From assembly GCA_018304425.1 (NCBI GenBank), contig JAGVWE010000004.1:123181-187180 (forward strand): 64,000 bases of DNA. Direction: 5' to 3'. The position numbers and the translations under genes are program-made. Shown piece by piece: positions 51,651 through 60,475 of this stretch. The notes beneath the pieces were generated by a model. That model ran no database searches. It was not told where the DNA came from and worked only from the letters and a program-made list of their open reading frames with translations. Source of the DNA: Candidatus Iainarchaeum sp. (GTDB lineage Archaea; Iainarchaeota; Iainarchaeia; Iainarchaeales; UBA10219). Each line of letters opens with the position of its first letter. Positions within the stretch are counted from its first letter, which is position 1.

Positions 51651-53429
51651 TTACACCTTGAACCATTCCAGCTTGTCCACGGGTTCCCCGGCCGCGCACT
51701 CCCGGAGTTCTTTCAGGAGCTCGGCGCGGTCTTCGAGGACAACGCGGCCCTCCATGAAGTCCGCGATTTTTCCAGCGAAGACGCGGGTGGCGGTCATCAT
51801 GGGCAGGACGACGAAGTCCGCCCCGCACTCGTACAAGGCAAGGGCTTCCCGGAAGTACTCGGCGCGCGCAATCACCTGGGCGCGCGGGTTGTTGGCCTTC
51901 ACGGCCCTGAGAATGTGGACTTCCTCCTCGAAGTCCGGCACCGTCAGAATCACGAGCCGGGCCTTCATCAACCCGGTCTTCTCCCACATGCCCTCGTTGG
52001 ACGCGGAACCCATGACGGCCTTGAAGCCGCGTGCAATGGCGTGTTTCACGACTTCGGGGTTGCGGTCCACGAGCACCACGCTTTCGTCTCTTTCGGCCAG
52101 CATCTCCGCGATGGTGTACCCGTTCCGGCCCGCGCCCACGACCACGGCGTGCTGGGCCATGCCCTCCTCAAGGTTCTCGTAGGCCGCGAGCTTCCGCCGG
52201 AAAAACCCCTTCCAGGTCTTGGACGCGAAAAAGGTTTCGCTCACCTTGTTGACGACGCGGTAAAAGTTCTTGTCGCCCGCGTTGAAGTAGGGCGCGATGG
52301 CCATGGAGGCGCCGACCAGCACGATGAGCCACGAGTAAAGGCCCTGGCTGATTTGGCCGAGCTGCAGGCCCTCCTTGGCGATGATGAGCGAGAACTCCGA
52401 GACGTTGCCGAGCCCGGCCGCGGCGAAGACCGCGTTCCGCGCCCCATAGCCGCCGAGGACCGTGGCCGCGAAATACGCGAGGGGCTTGACGAAGTACACG
52501 CCCAGCAGCGAGACCGCGATGACGGCGGGGCTGATGTTGATGCCGCTGAAGTCCAGCTGCATGCCGAGGGTGACGAAGAAGATGGCCGCGAAAAAGTCGC
52601 GGAGGACCTTGATTTTTTCGTGCACGTCGTCGCTGTACGGCAACGAGGAAAGCGAGACGCCGGCGATGAAGGACGCGACCGCGACCGAGAAGCCGGTCAG
52701 GCCCGCGACGCCGATGAAGAACAGGCAGCAGGCCACGGCCGCCAGGAACAGGAGTTCACTGGATTTCGAGGCCAACGCGAACAGGGGCGGGTAAGCGAAG
52801 CGGTGCAGGAGGTAGGCGAGGGCAATCAATCCAATGGCGGGGGCCAGCGAGGCGGCCACGCTGCCCACGTTGAGGCCGGCCGAGAAATTGGCCAGCAAGG
52901 GCAGCACCATCACCACCAGCAGGTCCTCGACCAGGAGGAAGCCGACCGTGAGCTGGCCGTGCAGGGCATGGATTTTCTTGCTCTCCGTCAGCATCTTCAC
53001 GATGACGGTGGTTGAACCGAAGGCGACGGTAGCACCCATGAACACGGCTTCGTTGAACGGCAGCCCGGCCATGGAGCTCAGCAGGGCAACGACGGAAACC
53101 GTGATGGCGACCTGTGCAACGGCCCCCAGCAAAATGGTTTTGCCGAGCACGGAGAGCTTGCCGATGTTGGCCTCGACCCCCACGGCGAACAACATCAAGG
53201 CGATGCCGAACTCGCCCAGGACCTTCAGGGTTTCCAGGTTTTCCACGCCCAGGCTTATCCCGCCTATTTGGAGGTTCAGGGAGGCGAGGCCCATGGGGCC
53301 CAGCAGGAGCCCGGCCGCGATGAACGCCAGGAACAGGGGCTGCCGGAGCATGACGGCCAGGTAGCTGAGCGCAGTGGCCACCAACACAATCAAGCCGACT
53401 TCAAACAGCCAGGCAAACTCGGGCGTCAT
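51651..53429 (-). CDS. CPA2 (Kef-type) cation:proton antiporter with RCK/TrkA-N domain
   Basis: FGSTTVIVK, LLVEDL, FFVTLG, SEFSLII, VGAGRNG. Confidence 0.92.
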   Translation of the reverse strand: MTPEFAWLFEVGLIVLVATALSYLAVMLRQPLFLAFIAAGLLLGPMGLASLNLQIGGISLGVENLETLKVLGEFGIALMLFAVGVEANIGKLSVLGKTILLGAVAQVAITVSVVALLSSMAGLPFNEAVFMGATVAFGSTTVIVKMLTESKKIHALHGQLTVGFLLVEDLLVVMVLPLLANFSAGLNVGSVAASLAPAIGLIALAYLLHRFAYPPLFALASKSSELLFLAAVACCLFFIGVAGLTGFSVAVASFIAGVSLSSLPYSDDVHEKIKVLRDFFAAIFFVTLGMQLDFSGINISPAVIAVSLLGVYFVKPLAYFAATVLGGYGARNAVFAAAGLGNVSEFSLIIAKEGLQLGQISQGLYSWLIVLVGASMAIAPYFNAGDKNFYRVVNKVSETFFASKTWKGFFRRKLAAYENLEEGMAQHAVVVGAGRNGYTIAEMLAERDESVVLVDRNPEVVKHAIARGFKAVMGSASNEGMWEKTGLMKARLVILTVPDFEEEVHILRAVKANNPRAQVIARAEYFREALALYECGADFVVLPMMTATRVFAGKIADFMEGRVVLEDRAELLKELRECAAGEPVDKLEWFKV

Positions 53430-53827
53430 GCAATGATAACCCTGCCCTTCTTCTTGGGCGGAACCGGTTTGGCCTTGAATTCGAGCACGACTTCAGGGCT
53501 TAAATCGTCTTTCTTGATGTCCCCTGCCAGCATCAGGCCCAGCTTGGCGCCCTTCTTGCCCAAGGCGACCATGCCGTACTTGGACTCGACTTCCATGACT
53601 TCCACCATTTTGCCGTTGAATTCGGTGGTCATGTTCTTGCTGATGGTTCCTTCCACGAGCTCGCCGATGACGTAGGTTTCCTTGGTCCCGAAAAACTGCT
53701 CTACCTTGATAACTTTGACCTTCGCGGTGCCCAGCACGCCCGTGCCCTGGCTGGGCTTCACGATCTGCGTGTTCCCGCCTGCCCTGGGGTTGTCTTCCCC
53801 AAACGTCAGACCCACTAAGCCGCCCAT
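53426..53827 (-). CDS. EF-Tu domain II-like beta-barrel protein (Pbp11/PF0907-like)
   Basis: KVKVIKVEQFFG..YVIGELVEGTI..VMEVES..GAKLGLML..LEF. Confidence 0.55.
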   Translation of the reverse strand: MGGLVGLTFGEDNPRAGGNTQIVKPSQGTGVLGTAKVKVIKVEQFFGTKETYVIGELVEGTISKNMTTEFNGKMVEVMEVESKYGMVALGKKGAKLGLMLAGDIKKDDLSPEVVLEFKAKPVPPKKKGRVIIA

Positions 53828-53895
53828 GCAATCACGCTAAGTAATAGGCCAACGTCATTTATAATTGTTTTCCTCCAACCGTCTTCCAGAGGGGC

Positions 53896-54621
53896 ATGAA
53901 AAAAGTCGCCTACGTTTCGGGGCCACGCGACTTGGGGGAAAAGGCCAGGACCTGGTTGAAGAAAGTCAGGGACCTCCATCCACGGCCCCCCGCATTCCAG
54001 TTCCCTTCCGTGCATGCTGCGCATGCTGCGCATGCTGCGCATGCTGCGCATGCCGCCTTGTTCGTCGTCGACCTGCAGAACTTCTTCCTCGACCCCGCCT
54101 CGCATGCCTTCGTCCCCGCCGCCCCCGCCATCCTGCCAAACGTGCAGTCCCTGCTGGCGGCCTTCCGGGAAGCCGGCCGGCCAGTGGTCTTCACGCGCTA
54201 TGCCGTGGCCGACGGCGAAAGCCCGGGCCTCATGGGGGAATGGTGGAGGGACTCGGTCAGGGAAGGCAGCGAGGCTTCCGCCATCGTTTCGCGCCTGCAG
54301 CCGCTTCCCGGGGAACTCGTCCTCCGCAAGCGCTCCTACAGCGCCTTCCAGGGAACCAATTTAGAGCAGCACCTGAGGGCAGCGGGCGTGGACTCCGTGG
54401 TCATTTCGGGGGTGCTGACGCACCTCTGCTGTGACACCCTGGCCCGCGAGGCCTTCACCCGGGACTTCAAGCCCTATCTGGTCGTGGATGCAACGGCTTC
54501 CTACAACGAGGACCTGCACCTGTCCAGCCTCAAAACCCTTTCCCATGGCTTTGCCGTGGCCCTCACCGCGGACGAGGTCCTGCAAGCGCTTCGGGGCACC
54601 AGGGCCCGGAGGAGACGATGA
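53896..54621 (+). CDS. Isochorismatase-family cysteine hydrolase
   Basis: VVDLQNFF, KRSYSAF, GVLTHLCCDT (D-K-C triad). Confidence 0.9.
   Translation: MKKVAYVSGPRDLGEKARTWLKKVRDLHPRPPAFQFPSVHAAHAAHAAHAAHAALFVVDLQNFFLDPASHAFVPAAPAILPNVQSLLAAFREAGRPVVFTRYAVADGESPGLMGEWWRDSVREGSEASAIVSRLQPLPGELVLRKRSYSAFQGTNLEQHLRAAGVDSVVISGVLTHLCCDTLAREAFTRDFKPYLVVDATASYNEDLHLSSLKTLSHGFAVALTADEVLQALRGTRARRRR
54013..54057 (+). repeat. (CATGCTGCG)x4 + CATGCCGCC in-frame tandem repeat, (HAA)5
   Basis: Read directly. Confidence 0.95.
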
Positions 54622-55559
54622 CCCGTGACGCCATCGTGGGCGGTGCCATCGTCGACGTCCTCGTGGTGGGCGCTGGCCCTGCGGGGCTGTCAGCTTCCAT
54701 CCAGTTGCAGCGCATGGGCTTCAAGCCCCTGGTCCTCGAAAAAAACCGGGTCGGTGGCTTGCTGCGCAACGCGCGTTGGGTGGAGAACTTCCTCGGCTTT
54801 CCGGATGGCCTTGCCGGGAAAAGACTTGCCGCCTTGTTCGAGCGCCAGGCACGAGCGCAGGGCGTGGAGGTCAGAAAGGCGGTGGTGACCGGCGTCACGC
54901 GGGAAAAGAATGGGTTCGTGGTGCGCGCGGGCCGGAAGCGCTTCCGGTCGCGTGCCCTCGTCCTTGCCACGGGCACGGCGCCCAGGCCACTGGGGGTTCC
55001 AGGGGAAAAAGCCCTGGCCGGCAAAAAGCTGTTCTACTCCGTCGAGGAAATGCCGGCCTTGAAGCGCGGCCAAGCCAGGGGTTGGACCCTGGCCGTCATC
55101 GGTTCGGGAGACATTGCCTTCGACTATGCCTTGAACCTCGCCGACCAAGGCATTCGTGTGCGGCTGCTGTTGCGGGGCTCGAAGCCGAAGTGCATTCCAC
55201 GCCTCCGGGCAGCGGTTGGCAAGCATCCACGCATTGCCGTGTACCCGCATGCCGTGGTGCGGGGTCTTTCAAGCCAGGGCCACAAGGCCCTCCTTGAAGT
55301 GGCCGTGAACGGCCGGCGGCAATCAATGTCAGTGGATCGGGTCCTGGCCGCGGTCGGCCGGCAGCCCTGCCTGGATTTCCTGCCCCGGGCCTGGCAAAAG
55401 CGCTTGCGCAGGGAAGGGCGCGCCCTCGAGGGAGTGGGGCTTTGCCTGGCGGGAGACGCGGATGCAAACAATTTTAGGCATGCCGGCATAGCAATGGGTG
55501 AGGGTTTGCGCGCCGCCATGTTCCTGGGAGGGTTTTTGTCGCATGCTTCGAGTGATTGA
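54618..55559 (+). CDS. TrxB-fold FAD/NAD(P) oxidoreductase lacking CxxC
   Basis: GAGPAG, ENFLGF, LATG, GSGDIAFD, AGD; LFYSVEE where CxxC would be. Confidence 0.85.
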   Translation: MTRDAIVGGAIVDVLVVGAGPAGLSASIQLQRMGFKPLVLEKNRVGGLLRNARWVENFLGFPDGLAGKRLAALFERQARAQGVEVRKAVVTGVTREKNGFVVRAGRKRFRSRALVLATGTAPRPLGVPGEKALAGKKLFYSVEEMPALKRGQARGWTLAVIGSGDIAFDYALNLADQGIRVRLLLRGSKPKCIPRLRAAVGKHPRIAVYPHAVVRGLSSQGHKALLEVAVNGRRQSMSVDRVLAAVGRQPCLDFLPRAWQKRLRREGRALEGVGLCLAGDADANNFRHAGIAMGEGLRAAMFLGGFLSHASSD

Positions 55560-56478
55560 GTCCACGGGAAAAGAGGGGCTGGCCACGGTTTTCGTGGCAA
55601 GGACCGGGAACGGCCGGCTCATCGAGTTCGCGGAGTCCTTCCAGCCCGGCCAGTCCATTGACCAGAAGTGGGTGTTGATTCTCTCCGTCATGCATGGCTG
55701 CCCCGTGCGCTGCCTCATGTGCGACGCGGGCCAGGCTTTTCTGGGCAACCTCTCCAAGGAGGACATCCTTGCGCAAGTCGGTTACCTGGTGCGACGGCGG
55801 TTCCCCGATGGCAGGGTGCCGAGCCGGAAATTCAAGGTGCAGTTCACGCGCATGGGCGAGCCCGCGTACAACCCCGCTGTGCTCGAAGCCCTGGAAGAGC
55901 TGCCGCGCCGGTTTGACGCCCCCGGCCTGATTCCATCGGTGTCCACGGTCGCGCCCCTTGACCGGGAAGGGTTTTTCGAGTCCCTCCTGGAAGTCAAGCA
56001 ACGACTGTACCGGCAGGGGCATTTCCAGTTGCAGTTCTCCGTCCACTCCACGGACGAGGCAAAGCGGGACCAGCTCATCCCGGTCAAGAAATGGGGGCTC
56101 CGCGACCTCGCCTCCTATGGGGAACGGTTTTTCGAGGCAGGGGACCGAAAGGTCACGCTCAACTTCGCGCTCATGCAGGGCTATCCCGTGGAACCAAAGC
56201 GGGTCGCGGAATTCTTCGACCCGCGGAAGTTCCTGGTCAAGATAACCCCCTTGAACCCCACCCAGAAAGCCGCGAGCAACCGCCTGCTCCCGGCCTTTGA
56301 CGCCTGCCGTGAAAACCCCGTGCCGGAGCTCGTGCAGGGGTTCAAGGACCTGGGCTTTGACGTCATCCTGAGCATCGGTGACCTCGAAGAAAACCAGGTG
56401 GGCAGCAACTGCGGCCAGTTCGTGAGCGCCCTGGAAGCGACCCGCCTCGCCAAACCCAGGATAGTCCAATCAGAATAA
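55543..56478 (+). CDS. RlmN/Cfr-like radical SAM protein
   Basis: GCPVRCLMC, RMGEP, SVHST..R..LIP, C-terminal NCGQF. Confidence 0.85.
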   Translation: MLRVIESTGKEGLATVFVARTGNGRLIEFAESFQPGQSIDQKWVLILSVMHGCPVRCLMCDAGQAFLGNLSKEDILAQVGYLVRRRFPDGRVPSRKFKVQFTRMGEPAYNPAVLEALEELPRRFDAPGLIPSVSTVAPLDREGFFESLLEVKQRLYRQGHFQLQFSVHSTDEAKRDQLIPVKKWGLRDLASYGERFFEAGDRKVTLNFALMQGYPVEPKRVAEFFDPRKFLVKITPLNPTQKAASNRLLPAFDACRENPVPELVQGFKDLGFDVILSIGDLEENQVGSNCGQFVSALEATRLAKPRIVQSE

Positions 56479-56542
56479 TTTGTTCAAGTAATTATTAATA
56501 ATGGAATAACGTGTTTGTTTTATTAAGGGTTGGGGAGCAAAT

Positions 56543-57523
56543 ATGGGTATGCATTTCATGGGCGCCATGCTTGCCGGGCAGGTCTCCCGTTCCGCGGACA
56601 CCATCCGCCTGCACCGCCTGGCCCGGGATGGCCACGCGAAAAAAGAGGAATTCCTTGCCTCGGCTTCGAAGGACGCACAAGCCATCCTCAAAGCCCAGGC
56701 CCAGGGTTTCGCCTTCGTCTCCGGCGGCCAGGTCGAATGGCTGGACTTGTTCCGGCCCATCGCGGCCACCTTTGCGGGGTTTGAGCGGAAGGGCTCGGAG
56801 GGCGAGGACGCCATCGGCCCCGTGACGCGCTGGTTCCGGACCAACACCTTTTACCGGAAGCCCCACGTCAACAAGCGGATTTCAGCCGAAGGCGGGGAAC
56901 TCATCCCGTTCCTGCCCAAGCTGCCGGGCAAGGGGCTCGCATGCCTGCCAGCGCCCTACACTTTTTGGCGGCTCGTCGAACACTCTTATTACCAGGAGCC
57001 CGCGGAATTCGCGGCAGACTATGCGGCCGCGCTGGCGGCGTCAGCCCCGCACCTGAAAAAGCACGGCTATGATTGCCTGCTGTTCTTGAACCCCTCGGTG
57101 GGCTATGACCTCTCCCGCAACCAGTTCCAGAAACTCGACTGGGCCGCGGACTTCTTCGCGTCCCTCAAAAAGACCGGCTTCACCCTGGGCGTGCACTTCC
57201 CGCTCGCGGACGGCTCGAAAGCCCTTCCAATCGTCGAAGACTCGTCCGTGGACTTCGTCGGCGTGGACTGCATCCACACCGACTTCGCGAAACTCCACTC
57301 GAAGAAGGACCTCTTCCTCGGCCTCGTGGACGCGGCGCGCATCGGCGTCGAAAGCCCCGCGCACCTCACCCAGCAGGCCCGCGCCTGCCTCCAGGAAGCC
57401 GGCTTTTCCGGAAACTTTTACCTGGGCCCCAACGACCGCCTCTTCGAGGTGCCGTATGAGGCCGGGCTCGACAAGGTAAAGTCCCTGGCCCAGGCCGCGA
57501 AACAACTGGAGGCAGCCAAATGA
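56543..57523 (+). CDS. Split MetE, N-terminal (folate-binding) half
   Basis: GGQVEWLDLF, TRWFRTNTFYRKP, PAPYTF, GLVDA. Confidence 0.8.
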   Translation: MGMHFMGAMLAGQVSRSADTIRLHRLARDGHAKKEEFLASASKDAQAILKAQAQGFAFVSGGQVEWLDLFRPIAATFAGFERKGSEGEDAIGPVTRWFRTNTFYRKPHVNKRISAEGGELIPFLPKLPGKGLACLPAPYTFWRLVEHSYYQEPAEFAADYAAALAASAPHLKKHGYDCLLFLNPSVGYDLSRNQFQKLDWAADFFASLKKTGFTLGVHFPLADGSKALPIVEDSSVDFVGVDCIHTDFAKLHSKKDLFLGLVDAARIGVESPAHLTQQARACLQEAGFSGNFYLGPNDRLFEVPYEAGLDKVKSLAQAAKQLEAAK

Positions 57524-58689
57524 AGAAAGCCTTTGCTTGCCAGGAAGTCGGCAGCATCCAGCGGCCCATCTGGCGCCAGCAGTTGGAAGCCAAGGCCAAC
57601 AAGGAATGGGTCAAGTCCGCCATGGACTGGGGCGAGAAATTCAACGTCGAGGAGCGCGGGGAACTCCGGCAACTGCTTGAAAAGGACGGGAGCAAGCGCT
57701 CGGCCGGGGAAAAGCAGCGCATCGTCGACATCGCATCTATTTATGTCATCCGCATGCTCGAGCATGCGGGCCTCGACAGGGTCTTCAACGGCGAACAGCC
57801 GCGCACCGAAATGTATGACATGCTGGCCAAGCAGATTCCCGGCATTAAAACCGCGGGCTTCGTGAATTCCTTTGACGCCAACTATTTTCGGAAAGGCATC
57901 ATCGACGGCGAAATCTCCGTCAACCAGGAGGGCATCGACTGGTTCGTGGACGAATTCAGGTTCGTGCAGAAGCACACCCAGCACGCGGTGAAACCCTGCT
58001 TCACGGGGCCCTACACCATGGTGGACTGGTCGTACGTCGAATACTACCGGAAACTCAACGAGAAAAAGGGCTTGAAGCCGTTTGCCGCGCTCCGGCAGGC
58101 GCGCGCCGACGCGGTGCTGGGCTTCGCCCGCCACGTCTTGAACCCCATCGTCCGCGCCCTGGTCAAGGCCGGCGCGGAAATCGTGCAAATAGACGAGCCC
58201 GCCGCGACCACGGATGAAAGCGAGTCCGCCTTGTTCACCGAGGCCATGAACGAGTGCTTCAAGGGCGTGCCAAAGGGAACCGGGAAAGCCATCCACATGT
58301 GTTACAGCAATTACCCCGTGCTCTTCCCGGAGCTCGCGGAATGCAAGGCGGACAGTTACCTGATCGAGTTCACCAACCACGCCTCGGTCAGCCACTTCAA
58401 GCCTGACATGGTGAGCCCCGAAGCCTACAAGTTCATCCAGTCGTTCAACGAGTACAAGGTGCCCGTGAACATGGGAGTCGGGGTAATCGACATCCACTCG
58501 GACCTCGTGGAGAGCCCCGAAGTCATCAAGGAAAGGCTGTTGCACGCCGCCAAGCTCGTGGGAGACGCCTCCCGGGTGCAAGCCAACCCGGACTGCGGCC
58601 TGCGCACGCGGCGCTGGGAGATAGCCGTCCAGAAGCTCGTCAACATGGGGAGGGGCGCGCAATTGGCGCGTGAGGCCCTGGGTGAATGA
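57520..58689 (+). CDS. metE: Cobalamin-independent methionine synthase, catalytic half
   Basis: TGPYT, QIDEPA, Zn ligands HMC..E..NPDCGL. Confidence 0.88.
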   Translation: MKKAFACQEVGSIQRPIWRQQLEAKANKEWVKSAMDWGEKFNVEERGELRQLLEKDGSKRSAGEKQRIVDIASIYVIRMLEHAGLDRVFNGEQPRTEMYDMLAKQIPGIKTAGFVNSFDANYFRKGIIDGEISVNQEGIDWFVDEFRFVQKHTQHAVKPCFTGPYTMVDWSYVEYYRKLNEKKGLKPFAALRQARADAVLGFARHVLNPIVRALVKAGAEIVQIDEPAATTDESESALFTEAMNECFKGVPKGTGKAIHMCYSNYPVLFPELAECKADSYLIEFTNHASVSHFKPDMVSPEAYKFIQSFNEYKVPVNMGVGVIDIHSDLVESPEVIKERLLHAAKLVGDASRVQANPDCGLRTRRWEIAVQKLVNMGRGAQLAREALGE

Positions 58690-59577
58690 ATGAAAGTCCC
58701 GCGAATGATGTTTGAGGTCGTGCCCCCCAGCAAATTCTCTTCCGAGGAAGCCATGGAAAAGGTCGTGGCCGACCTCGCCGATGGCCTCTCCACCGTTGAC
58801 TGCATTGATGCCTTGAACGTTCCCGAAGTCGTGGACGAAAACCGCCACGGCTCGCCTTACTACCGCAACCTGGATGTCTGCCGGTTCGCCGAGGGACTCC
58901 GGAAGAAAACCGGCTTGAACGTGATTGCCAACAAGGTGGTCGTGCAATGCCGGGGCAGGCAGGGCTTCCTGGACTGGCTGGATTCCGCCGTGAAAGTCCA
59001 CGGCCTCACGGACTTCGTTTTCGTGGGCGGCAACTACGCGGACAACATCTATCCCGGGCCAAGCGTTGCCGAAGCCACTGAAATGGCCTTGGAGCGATTC
59101 GGCCTCTCCGTTGGCGGCATCCTCATCCCCTCCCGCCTCGACGAAAGCGAGCGCCTGCTCCGGAAAACCCTTTCAGGGACCTCGTTTTTCACCACCCAGA
59201 TCCTGTTTTCCGCGAACCCCTTGAAGTCCGTGCTGTCCTCGTATTACTCGAAGTGCGTGGAAAACTCCGCCAAGCCCGCCGAGGTCTTCCTGAGCTTCAG
59301 CGTGCCCTCGAACGCGCACCACCTGGAGTTCATGAAGTGGCTGGGAGCCGAGCTGACCCCCAAAGTCGAGGAAACCCTCTTGTCGGGCGGTTCCATGGCC
59401 CAGAAGTCCATTGACTTGGCGCGAAGCGTGTGGCTGGACGCGTTCAACTACTTGCAGGATTCCTCGGTGCCCATCCAGTTGGGGTTGAACGTGGAAGCCG
59501 TTTTCCTCCGCAACCTGGACGCAGCCCTTGAAATGGCCCGGCAACTGTCGGCCGCCAGGGCCAGGAACCGGTTTTAA
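58690..59577 (+). CDS. Methylenetetrahydrofolate reductase-like (mycobacterial-type)
   Basis: FEVVPP, GGILIPSR..E..RL..K..G..FFTTQILFS; follows metE. Confidence 0.72.
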   Translation: MKVPRMMFEVVPPSKFSSEEAMEKVVADLADGLSTVDCIDALNVPEVVDENRHGSPYYRNLDVCRFAEGLRKKTGLNVIANKVVVQCRGRQGFLDWLDSAVKVHGLTDFVFVGGNYADNIYPGPSVAEATEMALERFGLSVGGILIPSRLDESERLLRKTLSGTSFFTTQILFSANPLKSVLSSYYSKCVENSAKPAEVFLSFSVPSNAHHLEFMKWLGAELTPKVEETLLSGGSMAQKSIDLARSVWLDAFNYLQDSSVPIQLGLNVEAVFLRNLDAALEMARQLSAARARNRF

Positions 59578-59646
59578 ACCGCGTCCAGGCCGGGTTCAAC
59601 CGCGGCTTTAAACCGTCGGCTTTAAATTAACCATTCCCTCCTAAAT

Positions 59647-59769
59647 CATCAGTTATACGAGTAAACTAGTTCAGTGGGTTTTGCCCACCTTTTTTCCCAA
59701 GGCTTTTTACCTCGGCAAAAAGGCTTTTCTAGTTTCAGTCGTATAGTCTAAAAAAAGGAGTTAGAAACA
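59647..59769 (+). promoter_or_regulatory. Conserved structured 5' leader, copy 1 (55-nt loop expansion)
   Basis: TATA-like TTTAAATTA at 59621; stem TATACGA-GT-AAACTAG / CTAGTTT-CAG-TCGTATA; AAGGAG Shine-Dalgarno. Confidence 0.75.
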
Positions 59770-59922
59770 ATGGGATTCCAAGGCGGATCTTTTGGTGGTC
59801 CAAGGGAAATGTTCCCCGCGACCTGCTCTGACTGCGGACAAGAAACACAGGTTCCATTCAAGCCCACCGAGGGCAGGCCTGTCTACTGCAGGGACTGCTA
59901 CCAGAAGCACAAGAAGTTCTAA
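59770..59922 (+). CDS. CxxC-x17-CxxC zinc-ribbon mini-protein, copy 1 (absent from the ORF track)
   Basis: MGFQGGSFGGPREMFPATCSDCGQETQVPFKPTEGRPVYCRDCYQKHKKF. Confidence 0.92.
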   Translation: MGFQGGSFGGPREMFPATCSDCGQETQVPFKPTEGRPVYCRDCYQKHKKF

Positions 59923-60137
59923 ACCCATCCAGGCTTAGATGGCTAGCGAGGGCCCCCCAAAAAGGGGGCAAGAAACTAGGCAAACACCATTTTTTTCTTT
60001 TTATTTTCAACGGTTCTTGCCGGTAGGCCGCCGGTGTTCCGGGTCGTTTCCCCCCTTGCACCACTGGCTAGGCCCAGGCGGTTTACCCGTTTTAACCCCA
60101 AACCATGGGGTTTAAATTAGCCACGGGCCCATTAATC

Positions 60138-60205
60138 CATCAGTTATACGAGTAAACTAGTTTTCTAGTTTCAGTCGTATAGTCTAAAAAAAGGAGTTAG
60201 AAACA
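60138..60205 (+). promoter_or_regulatory. Conserved structured 5' leader, copy 2
   Basis: TATA-like TTTAAATTA at 60111; same stem closed by a TTTT loop. Confidence 0.75.
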
Positions 60206-60358
60206 ATGGGATTCCAAGGTGGATCTTTTGGTGGCCCTAGGGAAATGCACCCGGCTACTTGTTCTGACTGCGGCAAGGAAACAACGGTTCCCTTCAAGCC
60301 GACAGAGGGCAAGCCAGTCTACTGCAGAGACTGCTACCAAAAGCACAAGAAATACTAA
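60206..60358 (+). CDS. CxxC-x17-CxxC zinc-ribbon mini-protein, copy 2 (absent from the ORF track)
   Basis: MGFQGGSFGGPREMHPATCSDCGKETTVPFKPTEGKPVYCRDCYQKHKKY. Confidence 0.92.
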   Translation: MGFQGGSFGGPREMHPATCSDCGKETTVPFKPTEGKPVYCRDCYQKHKKY

Positions 60359-60475
60359 AACCTCTTTTCTCACCCGCAAGGGCTGAAACTAGGAACAACG
60401 CGTTTTTTTCGATTTCTTCTTTTTCTTTACCCTGTTGTGAGCCGTGAGGCTGAATTAGCCGCCGCTTTCATGCAA

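Noticed and set aside
59647-60205. CRISPR array or tRNA interpretation of the duplicated leader
   Set aside because: Only two units, each tied to a CDS; no cas genes and no cloverleaf
60197-60379. Minus-strand 60-aa ORF (and 59858-60064)
   Set aside because: Antisense to the clearly recognisable CxxC-x17-CxxC genes
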